This document shows positions 53,803 through 63,500 of a stretch of 64,000 bases of DNA, piece after piece. The translations under genes and the position numbers were made by a program. This DNA comes from a virus, in IMG/VR virus record IMGVR_UViG_3300032030_000058, positions 9,733 to 73,732 of that record; one strand, 5' to 3'. How positions within the stretch are numbered: the first letter of the stretch is position 1; each line of letters opens with the position of its first letter. The notes below the pieces were generated by a model, which saw nothing but the letters and a program-made list of their open reading frames with translations, was not told the DNA's origin and made no database searches.

Positions 53803-54642
53803 TTATTTCTCCTTTTCATCTGGATATAATTTTGTATATGGTTGTGGAGCATAAATTTGCTTTTTCGCAACACATACTGGGCATTTTCCACAACCAATAG
53901 GTTTTTCTAAGCCCATTTTAATTCTTTGATATCTTGGTGCCTTTTCTTTAAATCGTTCAAGAGCAGCGTCGAGCATGAATTGATCGATTCTTACAAGTTC
54001 TGCATTAGGTGGTGTTTCTTTAGTCACAACATTGAGAACGAAAGGCAGTTTATCACCAGTTCTTTGTTCTGCAATGGCCTGATATAATGCACCTTCTAAC
54101 ATGTATTCGTATGCTTCGATATAGTTCAGCTTCATGTTATGGCCATCTCGTTCTACCCACACTGGTTCTAAATCTTTCATGACCTTTCCATCGACAATGG
54201 CTTTGCCAGGGAAGAATGAGTCGATTTTGATTTTAACAGGAACACCGGCAATTTCGCCTGTCATAATGACTTGGTGTTCACCGCCCCAGTATCGAGCGAG
54301 AATATGATCGCCATCATCATTTTCATAATTTTCAATGAATGCGATGGTTGTTTCTACTCCATTAAACGCCGCATATATTTTGCCTGTTTTAGGTGAATAG
54401 AGGCTATCTTTATTCTTTTCAATAAACTCAGCTTCTTCTTCGCTAAAGTGCGCATCCACCCAGCTCCCGTATAATAACGAGTCTGTTTTAGGCTTTTCAT
54501 ATTCGCCGTTAATCATGGCCATGGCCATAACTTCGCATTCTTCAAAATTTTTGAATTGCGAGAACCCCATGTAGTTTTTTCTACCGTATTCTCCATGATA
54601 ATTTTCATTTGTTAAGTTTTCATCTAAATTGTATTCGGACAT
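53803..54642 (-). CDS. PD-(D/E)xK family exonuclease (YqaJ/Cas4-like) with C-terminal Cys cluster
   Basis: KIKIDSF...IVDGKVMKDLEP core and C-terminal CGKCPVC. Confidence 0.5.
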   Translation of the reverse strand: MSEYNLDENLTNENYHGEYGRKNYMGFSQFKNFEECEVMAMAMINGEYEKPKTDSLLYGSWVDAHFSEEEAEFIEKNKDSLYSPKTGKIYAAFNGVETTIAFIENYENDDGDHILARYWGGEHQVIMTGEIAGVPVKIKIDSFFPGKAIVDGKVMKDLEPVWVERDGHNMKLNYIEAYEYMLEGALYQAIAEQRTGDKLPFVLNVVTKETPPNAELVRIDQFMLDAALERFKEKAPRYQRIKMGLEKPIGCGKCPVCVAKKQIYAPQPYTKLYPDEKEK

Positions 54643-54659
54643 AAATACCTCATTTCCAA

Positions 54660-54863
54660 TTATAACATTTTCAAGAGTTCTTGATAATCATAACCTAGCG
54701 CATCTGCCACTTTTTTGACCGCAATAGGTTGCGGTTTCGATTTGGTTCTGTTTCTGGTCCAATTCGTGAGTGTGGCTTGGCTGATACCAGATAGATTAGC
54801 AAGTTCTTTTAATGTTAAGTTTTTTTCTTTTCTTAATTCATTAATCTTTTCGCCGAATGTCAT
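54660..54863 (-). CDS. XRE-family HTH transcriptional regulator
   Basis: NELRKEKNLTLKELANLSGISQATLTNW helix-turn-helix. Confidence 0.75.
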   Translation of the reverse strand: MTFGEKINELRKEKNLTLKELANLSGISQATLTNWTRNRTKSKPQPIAVKKVADALGYDYQELLKML

Positions 54864-55228
54864 TTTCTGGCTCCTTTCTTTGCATTTCGCAATATGTTTT
54901 GGAACTTAGACATGTCCTCTAAACTAATCATATCTAGCATATTACTTGAATAGAAGAATTCATCCTTGCTAGGGTTCCCGTTCTCGTCCAATTTCAGAAC
55001 AATACGTGGCAACTCATAAGTCACGATTATTGACATTTCTCCTGTTTCTTGATCCTCTACTACGCGCGTTTCCTTAATCTTAAATTTAACGTGCGCAAGT
55101 AAGGACTTGGTTTTGGCTAATTCTTCACTGTCTTTTTTCAGTTTCTTATATTCTTCGCTTTCAACTAATTCGACTAGGTGATTAATTTTCTCTTCAATGG
55201 CTAATAATTGTTTGGTTCTTTTTAACAT
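54860..55228 (-). CDS. hypothetical protein
   Basis: 122 aa ORF. Confidence 0.5.
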   Translation of the reverse strand: MLKRTKQLLAIEEKINHLVELVESEEYKKLKKDSEELAKTKSLLAHVKFKIKETRVVEDQETGEMSIIVTYELPRIVLKLDENGNPSKDEFFYSSNMLDMISLEDMSKFQNILRNAKKGARK

Positions 55229-55229
55229 A

Positions 55230-55481
55230 TTAGAGCTCCTTTATCATTTTGATGATAAGTTCTTTTTCCGCTTCGTTTTTTGGCATAATTCTGAATAAAT
55301 CACAACCAATAATATCGAGTGGATTCTCGCCTAATGCTGTTCCGATTTTAGCGGCTAAACTAGCACTGCAACGATGATTTTCGGCGTAGCCGACTGCATG
55401 GATTGCAATGCCGATTTTTTCCGCTAATTGTTTTTGAGTAAGACCATGTTTTACTCTGTAAAAGGCAATATTGTTACTCAT
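55230..55481 (-). CDS. XRE-family HTH transcriptional regulator
   Basis: FYRVKHGLTQKQLAEKIGIAIHAVGYAE helix-turn-helix; own promoter (TTGACA 55527-55532 on the minus strand). Confidence 0.7.
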   Translation of the reverse strand: MSNNIAFYRVKHGLTQKQLAEKIGIAIHAVGYAENHRCSASLAAKIGTALGENPLDIIGCDLFRIMPKNEAEKELIIKMIKEL

Positions 55482-55550
55482 ATAAATCTCCTTTCTTAGT
55501 TATATATTCTCATAATAATTTAAATATGTCAATAATTATTTTCATTTTAA

Positions 55551-55796
55551 TTATAAATCTTTGCTATTTATTTCAATGATTGTGCCGCACTTGGTGCATC
55601 TATATTTAACCATGCCTAATGAGTCACTTCCAATCCATTTAAGAAGGTCGCTTCCACATTCTGGACACGTAGGCCGTGTATATGGTTTTGAGTTGATACA
55701 ACAACCGATTTCAGCGTGTTGTTCCATTAAATCGATGAACTGTTTAATTTCTTCTGGTGATCCAGTAATTATATAATCACGATATTGTAGAATCAT
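55551..55796 (-). CDS. zinc-ribbon protein
   Basis: CPECGSD...CTKCG. Confidence 0.5.
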   Translation of the reverse strand: MILQYRDYIITGSPEEIKQFIDLMEQHAEIGCCINSKPYTRPTCPECGSDLLKWIGSDSLGMVKYRCTKCGTIIEINSKDL

Positions 55797-56338
55797 AATA
55801 GTTCCTCTTTCTTTTCATATTTCCATTCATATCCATACATTGTTTTGAATTTTCCTCTTGCACAAGCTGCTATGTTACCTTCCGAATAGCCAAGTTTTCT
55901 AGTTACTTCTCTTACACCTTCATATCTAGCAATAACTTTGCCATCTTTGATTTGTAAGATTGCTTTTTGGTTTTTCTGTTTTGCACATTCTATGGTTTTT
56001 CTAAAGTTGATTTGCAGCCCAGTATTGTGCGCATGTAACATATTTTCTTTTCTATCGTTCCATTCCAGGTTGCTAACAGTATTGTTATATTTATTGCCAT
56101 CGATATGATTCACTTCTTCTTTGTTTAAAGGATTAGGAATAAAGGCTTGTCCTACCAGTCTATGGATTTTGAATAATGTTTTCTTACCGTTGATTTTCAA
56201 AGTAATAACTTGGTAGATTCCATAATTATTATTCAGTTTTAATATTCTTCCTGTTTGTGCGTTTCTTACTCGCCCATAGCTGCTTATTTGATATATTCCG
56301 TTAGAGTTAGGTATATCTTTCCATTCTTCTTGGTTCAT
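55793..56338 (-). mobile_element. HNH homing endonuclease with N-terminal NUMOD4 motif
   Basis: EEWKDIPNSNGIYQISSYGRVRN (NUMOD4) and NHIDGNKYNNTVSNLEW...N (HNH_3 core). Confidence 0.85.
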
Positions 56339-56706
56339 AGTAATTCCTCCCTTGTTAATGCCCAGGTTTTGCCATAGTCTTTATAATAAAATCTAAATCT
56401 TTTTTTCAGGTTGGCGTCCCAAACTTCTATTATATTTCTCAAAGTATAAACATGATAGTGACCTGCTTTTTTGATTTTTCCTTCTATGACAAAATACGGA
56501 ATTAAATTATTTATTTGCCATTCAAGAAATTTAACCAAAGGCATTTCAATTTTTTCTTCATAATCTTCTAATTGACCGAGTTTGTTAAGTGAATGTCTTA
56601 CATATTCGCCAATGACTAATGGTTTCAGTTCTTCATCAACGCTTTCATCGATAACAAGATTTATGTCATACCAACCATCTTCTCTTTTTTTGGTTCTTCT
56701 ATTCAT
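56335..56706 (-). CDS. hypothetical protein
   Basis: 123 aa ORF. Confidence 0.5.
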   Translation of the reverse strand: MNRRTKKREDGWYDINLVIDESVDEELKPLVIGEYVRHSLNKLGQLEDYEEKIEMPLVKFLEWQINNLIPYFVIEGKIKKAGHYHVYTLRNIIEVWDANLKKRFRFYYKDYGKTWALTREELL

Positions 56707-56915
56707 AATAATTTACCCCATTCTTTCTTATAAGTTTTTATAATGTTGAACTCATTATCTTTTGTGTTAACAAGCACAAACTTATTATCCACACACATAA
56801 TTGCTAAATCGCTATTGTTTTTAATTCTTTTTAATGCGCTGAAAATATCTTTGTAAATATCAGTAACATCTTCTAAATGTAAATCTTTCATTCTTCTACC
56901 TCCACATAGCACCAA
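56703..56915 (-). CDS. hypothetical protein
   Basis: 70 aa ORF. Confidence 0.45.
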   Translation of the reverse strand: MVLCGGRRMKDLHLEDVTDIYKDIFSALKRIKNNSDLAIMCVDNKFVLVNTKDNEFNIIKTYKKEWGKLL

Positions 56916-57493
56916 CTTCGAGGCGCTTTGGTTAATGGATAAGTATATTCATAACCACATTTTATGGGTTGAACAAGAACATCTTTTTCTTTATGAATGT
57001 CTTGTGCGAAATTATTTTTATAATATTTTCTCTTAAAACCTTTATAGAACTCACTCAATTCCTTTGGTGCATCAAAGATTTCTAGTTGTGAGATGTTAAT
57101 GGCATAACCTATATTTCCGTCGAGATATTTTTTGATTTCTTGTTTTGTTAAACAACTATTTTCAAATAAATTTTTTGGATTTTCTTCGTTTGGTGTCCAC
57201 CAAATAATTTCCACATTATCACAATAGAAACGAGCAACTACTTTGCCATTGTATTTAGAAATATATCTATGATTTTTATTAGAAAGAGTATGTTTTCTAT
57301 ATTTTCCAACAGAGTAATACCATTTGTTTGTTTTTTCATCTAATGTTAATTCTTGTTGATTATCTTTCGTGCAATAAATATATATCCAACCAACATAATC
57401 AATAGGGAACATTTTTCTAACTTCTTTTGTTTTAAGTCTGTTAAGAATATTTGCAACTGGTCTAGGGTGTATACTCATTAATATTGATCTCAT
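56888..57493 (-). CDS. hypothetical protein
   Basis: 201 aa ORF. Confidence 0.5.
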   Translation of the reverse strand: MRSILMSIHPRPVANILNRLKTKEVRKMFPIDYVGWIYIYCTKDNQQELTLDEKTNKWYYSVGKYRKHTLSNKNHRYISKYNGKVVARFYCDNVEIIWWTPNEENPKNLFENSCLTKQEIKKYLDGNIGYAINISQLEIFDAPKELSEFYKGFKRKYYKNNFAQDIHKEKDVLVQPIKCGYEYTYPLTKAPRSWCYVEVEE

Positions 57494-57771
57494 AATAGCA
57501 CCTCTTTTAATAAATCATATTTTTCTTTTGATATGCGTTTTGCGTATCTAAAATCATCACCTACTAATAAATAATATTCATCTTTAACTCCTAGAACTCT
57601 GACATCAGCATACTCTTTAATAATCTCTAATGCTTTGAGTTCTTGTTCAATGTTATTTACACATTCGAGCATTACTACATCTTCTTGCCAATAATGTAAA
57701 CTAATATATCCATTTTCTACGAGCCATTTAAAATCATCTAACCCTTTACTCATTTCGTTCCACCTCTCCAT
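57490..57771 (-). CDS. paralog family B protein
   Basis: ELKALEIIKEY ... EKYDLLKEVLL. Confidence 0.55.
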   Translation of the reverse strand: MERWNEMSKGLDDFKWLVENGYISLHYWQEDVVMLECVNNIEQELKALEIIKEYADVRVLGVKDEYYLLVGDDFRYAKRISKEKYDLLKEVLL

Positions 57772-57912
57772 TAAATTGTTTTGCTAATTTTGTGGCTTCT
57801 TCTTTATCGAATGTTTTAGCTCTGTCTTTATTATCTGTGAAATAATACCAACCAGTGGCATTCTTAATTTTATAAAGATAATGGCCATTGCTGTTCTTGA
57901 CTATGTATTGTT

Positions 57913-58152
57913 TCATAAATTTTCGTCCTCCAAATAATAAATTTCAGAAATACCATACGCATAATATCCTAGTTCTTTTTTACAATTGTGACATTCAATG
58001 GTTCCCTCGCATGGCATAAAACATCCACAGACATCTTCACTATATACGGGCTTATCACGATTGAATCCCACTAATGTTGAACCACAATAAGGACATTTGA
58101 GAAAACTGTATTTATCAATATAGCCTTGTTCTAATGCTTCTTCGTATGTCAT
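57913..58152 (-). CDS. zinc-ribbon protein
   Basis: CPYCGS...CHNCKK. Confidence 0.5.
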   Translation of the reverse strand: MTYEEALEQGYIDKYSFLKCPYCGSTLVGFNRDKPVYSEDVCGCFMPCEGTIECHNCKKELGYYAYGISEIYYLEDENL

Positions 58153-58472
58153 TATAGAACCTCCTTTAATTGGCTAAATTCTTTCTGGGTGAGGAATAAA
58201 TGCTGAGCACCATTCACACCCTGATTAGATGCAACTTTGTTATATTGCAAAACGTTTTTGCATTGTTTCACTAACACGCAATTAACGTTTTTTTCTTTGA
58301 TAATTTTCAGAACTTTAGATTCTTTCCAACTAGCATAATCTAAATAATGGTAATCATTTTCTAGTTTTTCAAATTGGTAAAGAGCAGCTTTCACGATACG
58401 AAAATATTTTTCCTTATCATTAAAGCTAATAAAAGGATTCTCGATATATTCCATTGCTTCTAATGGTGTCAT
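58152..58472 (-). CDS. paralog family B-like protein
   Basis: KVLKIIKEKNVNCVL ... QKEFSQLKEVL. Confidence 0.5.
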   Translation of the reverse strand: MTPLEAMEYIENPFISFNDKEKYFRIVKAALYQFEKLENDYHYLDYASWKESKVLKIIKEKNVNCVLVKQCKNVLQYNKVASNQGVNGAQHLFLTQKEFSQLKEVL

Positions 58473-58870
58473 AACAACACCTCCTTTAATAAATCATATT
58501 CTTCTTGGGTTAATGGTTTCTCACTAACTTGTTTTATAATTTGAAAACCTAATTCTAAATGTTCTTCATAGTTTTGATAATCAAGTGCCTTATACCCTAT
58601 TAGAAATAAACCAACATTTACTTTTTTCTCTTTAATAATACTAAGAGCTTCGATTTTCTTTTCGTTTTCAAGAAAATACAAGACTACTAGCCATAAATCC
58701 TTATACGCTTGATTTTTATTGTAATTTTCGCTTTTGTTTCTTTCTATATCGTTAAAAAACATATCAATAGGGAAAGCAGAATTACCAATGTCATAACATA
58801 GTTCTCGTAATTCTTCTATTTCAAGTTCGGTAAGGACTGTGTTTAAATCAAATAATTTGTCAAAAGTCAT
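58469..58870 (-). CDS. paralog family B protein
   Basis: IEALSIIKEKKVNVGLF ... QEEYDLLKEVLL. Confidence 0.55.
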   Translation of the reverse strand: MTFDKLFDLNTVLTELEIEELRELCYDIGNSAFPIDMFFNDIERNKSENYNKNQAYKDLWLVVLYFLENEKKIEALSIIKEKKVNVGLFLIGYKALDYQNYEEHLELGFQIIKQVSEKPLTQEEYDLLKEVLL

Positions 58871-58891
58871 AACAATATACCTCGTTAGATT

Positions 58892-59560
58892 CTATTCTTC
58901 TGGGTTGTATTTGAATACCACATCAAAATAGGTATCAAGAACCTTGTCAACATCTGCCATAAGCTCTTCATCATTAGAAAGTTTGAAGAACCAGTCTAAA
59001 ATGGCTTTTCCTTTTGTTAAATCTTTTTCAAAATCAGCATCACTCCAATAGAAACATTTGAAATCTTTATCGTAGTGTGAGTATCCGAATCTTTCAAAGA
59101 AACTTAAACCGTTCTTGATATCAAACGAACCAAATGCGTGACTATATCCGGTGCTACCTAAAACAACAGAGAATAGGTCTGGAAAATGGTCTTGGAAAAA
59201 TTCGTTAATCCCAGAATGCGAACCGAAAACACGATCGTATAATTTGCTTTCAAGTTCTCCGTTGGCAGCATACATTCCACAGTATAATCTTTCGCCATAT
59301 AGACTTAAACTAATATAAGTGTGTTTTCCTAAAGTTAATTCTTCTTTTTCTCCAAGTTTTTCTTGGAAATATTCTAATAGTTTAATGACATAAGAAAGAT
59401 ATTTGCTCTTTCTTTCAATTTCATCTGGCTTGAATGCTGTAATGCTTTCAAAAATTTGATAATCTTTTTCGTGAGCAGCGTCTGCATCAACTTTAACGAC
59501 TGCTAAAAATTTAACTGTTTCTTTTAATCTATCAATTTCTCTTTGTAAATATTTGTTCAT
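58892..59560 (-). CDS. hypothetical protein
   Basis: 222 aa ORF. Confidence 0.5.
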   Translation of the reverse strand: MNKYLQREIDRLKETVKFLAVVKVDADAAHEKDYQIFESITAFKPDEIERKSKYLSYVIKLLEYFQEKLGEKEELTLGKHTYISLSLYGERLYCGMYAANGELESKLYDRVFGSHSGINEFFQDHFPDLFSVVLGSTGYSHAFGSFDIKNGLSFFERFGYSHYDKDFKCFYWSDADFEKDLTKGKAILDWFFKLSNDEELMADVDKVLDTYFDVVFKYNPEE

Positions 59561-60054
59561 AACATTACCTCCTTTAACAAATTAAATTCAAGTTCGGTTA
59601 ACGGTTCTTTGCTTTTTTCTGTTATATAATAAGAATTTGTTCTTCCTACTTTATAAGATTCTATATATTCATCATACCCACCATTTATATCTTCGTGTTC
59701 TATAAATAAAGTATAAAATAAACCAACATCAACCTTTTTCGCTTTTATAATATCTAATGCGGCCACTTTCTTAGCACTTTCTAGTTTCGCAGCATCTTCT
59801 GCTTCAAGTAAGGATTCGGCCACGTCCTCAATCATGTTAAAATATTCATCTGTGACATTTTCATAATCGATGCGATATCCGTTTCGTTGCAGGATCATTT
59901 CTATGGTTATAACACAATCCATACAACCATCCTCAAACATACAGTAGCATTCATTACAACACCAGTGATAACCGCAACAATAATATGGCTCATAATCGCC
60001 CATCATACTAATGCAGTGTTGATTAAATTTCTCTCTCCAAATGTGCTTACTCAT
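59557..60054 (-). CDS. paralog family B protein with N-terminal Cys cluster
   Basis: VAALDIIKAKKVDVGLF ... ELEFNLLKEVML. Confidence 0.55.
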   Translation of the reverse strand: MSKHIWREKFNQHCISMMGDYEPYYCCGYHWCCNECYCMFEDGCMDCVITIEMILQRNGYRIDYENVTDEYFNMIEDVAESLLEAEDAAKLESAKKVAALDIIKAKKVDVGLFYTLFIEHEDINGGYDEYIESYKVGRTNSYYITEKSKEPLTELEFNLLKEVML

Positions 60055-60325
60055 GTAGTTTTCTCCTTGGTCTTTTCTTAATCAAAATATCTAATATTTC
60101 GTTACATAAATCGCCCATGCTCAAATCCAGGTTCGGATAGGTTTTATGCACTTTATTTAACGTGGTCTGCCATTGCTGTGTTGTGTATTCATGTAATTTA
60201 TCAATGAGAGCACAAGCATAGCGTGGGCAATACCCATCTTCGTTTGGACATAGGCACGAGTCGCATAAGAACCGATCGTGTTCATTAAATATTAAGTCTA
60301 ATACCGCTATTAATTCAGGTTTCAT
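60047..60325 (-). CDS. Cys-rich hypothetical protein
   Basis: 92 aa, own promoter (TTGACA 60371-60376 on the minus strand), AAGGGGG RBS. Confidence 0.5.
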   Translation of the reverse strand: MKPELIAVLDLIFNEHDRFLCDSCLCPNEDGYCPRYACALIDKLHEYTTQQWQTTLNKVHKTYPNLDLSMGDLCNEILDILIKKRPRRKLHE

Positions 60326-60348
60326 ATTAATACCCCCTTTGTGACTAT

Positions 60349-60376
60349 ATATTATAATAAAAATAAAAATGTGTCA
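60349..60376 (-). promoter_or_regulatory. minus-strand promoter with conserved UP element (copy 2, TTGACA-17-TAATAT)
   Basis: Same 50 bp block as at 43899-43955. Confidence 0.55.
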
Positions 60377-60396
60377 ATATATTTTTTAAAATAATT

Positions 60397-60430
60397 TTGC
60401 AAAAGAAAAAGAGGGTTATTCGCCCTCTTC
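60397..60430. terminator. bidirectional terminator
   Basis: AGAGGG-ttattcg-CCCTCT flanked by A- and T-runs. Confidence 0.55.
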
Positions 60431-60567
60431 TAAGACCTCTTCGTATTCACGTGGATGATCTTTTAACTCAGTTGCTTCTGAGTAGATTCTGTCGTCACCT
60501 ATAACACGGAGCTTACCAGAATCGGCTTTGATTAAGTAGAAGTTGCCTTTATCAATTTTGTGTATCA
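60415..60567 (-). CDS. small hypothetical protein (50 aa)
   Basis: AGAGGTAA RBS before ATG 60565-60567; ends inside bidirectional terminator 60397-60430. Confidence 0.4.
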
Positions 60568-60579
60568 TAATAATTACCT

Positions 60580-63500
60580 CTATTCTACTGCGTAAGAAAC
60601 AACAACAAATAATGAACTATTGTTTGCTAAATTATCTGTTATAACGAAGTTTCCACTTGAACCTTGAATAGTTCCAACAGTATTATTTCCTGTAATACGA
60701 ACAGGTAATGATATATTACCATTTTGATTAAATGTTCCTTGGCTTAAACTAAATAATGTTGAACCTAAACCTATTGTTGAGCCAGTTTCATTAGTTGCGT
60801 CAATAGTTAGAGTTATAACATTTCCTGTTTTGTATAATTTCTTTATTTTATAAGTCAAACCTGCAACATCAGTAATTCCACTGCTTAAATCAGTTTGTTT
60901 CTCATACCCATTGTTTCCTAACCACGTTCCTAATGGTGTATAACTATTCTCACCATCTTCACGGTGCATTACATAATCTCCATCACTATCTGGATTGCTC
61001 GGAGCAGTTTCGAGTTTTGCTTTTAAGTCAGGTAAGTAATCTGTATTATGACCTGCTGGCATTGCGACATCACCTGTGTGAGCGTCAATGAGTTCTTCAC
61101 TACCCCAGTTATCACATTCTTGAAGTTCAATGAATGGAGTGGCTGAAGATTGGGTTGGGGTGGCTTTTAGACAAAACACTTTAACACCAGCCATACCTGA
61201 TTTTGCAACGTCTGTGCTAGTAAAGTTACTATCGTGAACATATAATTCGTCATTATTGTTTCCACCGATATATATTGATTTATCAGTATTCGCACAATCT
61301 GAATAAGTATTTACAACTTTATATCCCGCAGAGTTCAAACACTGTTTGTCTTTTACAACTTCTGATAGAGTTGAATAAAACGTAGTGGAAGAAGAAGACC
61401 AACTACTTGTTGACGAAAATGTATGTTCAAACATATTTACATTAACCGTCCCATCGCTACCATATTCATCACCATCGAAGTAAAGATTACCATTAGCGTC
61501 CACCATTGGGATACCTTTGAGTTCGACATCATCTATTGGATAAGTGTTGGAATAGTAAGGTTCGTATTCACCATCACGTTCACCATCCCAATGGAAGTTG
61601 ATACAAATATCGTGGTTATAGGTAGTGCCATATGTTCCTGTTGCAAAGTTAATAAACCCACAATTTAAAGGAACGCTAAATGTTGGCTGTTGTGGTGTTG
61701 GATATACTAAATATGAAGAACCCATATAATTACCATTTTCATCATAAAACCATATTCCTGCAATGTTGGTTGGTTGAAAAATACAATATGTCAAGCCACC
61801 GATAACCATAATTTTATTTTTAGACCTAATAATGTTAGGATATGTTTCTTTTTCTCCTGTTGCAATATTAAATGAGCCAACTTCCCATTCTTCGTCCCAT
61901 TGGTTGAACCTTGTAATCTTCTTACCACTAATCTTGACGTGTAAAGGAGTTGGTTCTGAGTAGGCATAATAATCTTTAGGGAAATACTTTTTGAACCATG
62001 CAATACCAGCACCTGCATTTGCTTGCTCTAGTGAGTAGATGTAATCAGCAACTGTTGCACCGAACATTGTTGTAAGGTCAAATAATTTCATATTCTTTGC
62101 TTCCAAAGTTGTTATGCTTGCGTCAATGACATAGAAGTTGATTGCACCAGCACTATTGCTTGTTGCTGGAGAAACTATAATTTCATCAGTTAACCAAGTG
62201 TTAGCGGTAATTGATACACTACCATCCCAAATATTGACAATGCCACCTTTTAATGTTCCAGACACGCTACTTTTTATAGTTCTGCTTAATAAATATTTAT
62301 GACCAGCAACAAAGTTAATATAGTAATTAGATGAAACTGATATTTGAGTTGCACCTTCATTTTTAGTGGCTGTTAATACATTATTACTTGCAGATAAAGT
62401 TGCGTGCGCAGAACCCCATTTAGTAGTTCCGTCCGAAAAATTACCATTTTGAATTAACTGGTTCCAGAAAATGGTTCCACCGACAATGCTCTTGACTTTG
62501 CAAGGGTCGCCAACTTCTTCACTACCAGCAGTAGTTCTAAAATTATATGCGACTTTGTCATTGATAACTAATTTACTATCAAAGTTATTGGCTAATCTTG
62601 ACTTACCTGTAATTTGTGTGCCTTCGACAATTTCATCAACTGTATCTGAAACTTCTTTAAGTTCAGTTTGTGACACGACATTATCTGGTATCCAGTTAAT
62701 ATCATTACGAGAACCGACACCTTCGATAAAGCTCTTAATGTTGATTTGGTATGTTAAAGTCACTAAGGCTGGGCAAATGTTAGGACTTTCATATTGTGTT
62801 TCGAGTGTGCCACCGTTAAAGACCTTGATATTCTCTGGAAGAATAATCTCTGGTTGGTCGGTAGGGGCTGCAAGTTCGTAATTAAGAACGACATTATTAT
62901 TTTGCAACCATTGTTTGACACCTGCCACAGTATTTGCAACCGAAATTGGAACTCTAATAGCAATTTCTCTGCTTGTTCCATATCCTCTAATTGCAAAGTT
63001 TCCGTCATCTACAAAAGGCGAATATACTAATTTGTTGCAAACAAAATTGTTAATTCCGTATGCTTTTAAATTAAAACCTGAAGATATTACCTCATAAGCA
63101 TTAGTTCCTTGTTGGTTAATCCCATAATCCAATGTCCATAAATCAATTACACCAACATTCACCTTACTGACATCATCGTGAACAGAACCAGCACTACGCA
63201 TTACAGGAACGTTTAAAGGATATGTGTTTCTCTCAAATGGTTTATATGTTCCATTTAGAGAAGAGTTAGAGATGTTAATACAGATATCATGGTTGTAAGT
63301 TGGATTGGACGTGCCCACATAAATACTAAAATTAATATAGCAACAATTACTTGGGGTTATTATTCTTATTCCATTATTTAAAGCGTAAATAGAGAAAGTA
63401 CTTATATAATTTTCATTCTCGTCATAATAAATAACCCAACCACTACGAGCAACACTTTCTTTTTTAACCACCCAATAATAAGTGTCAGGCATTACTCTAA

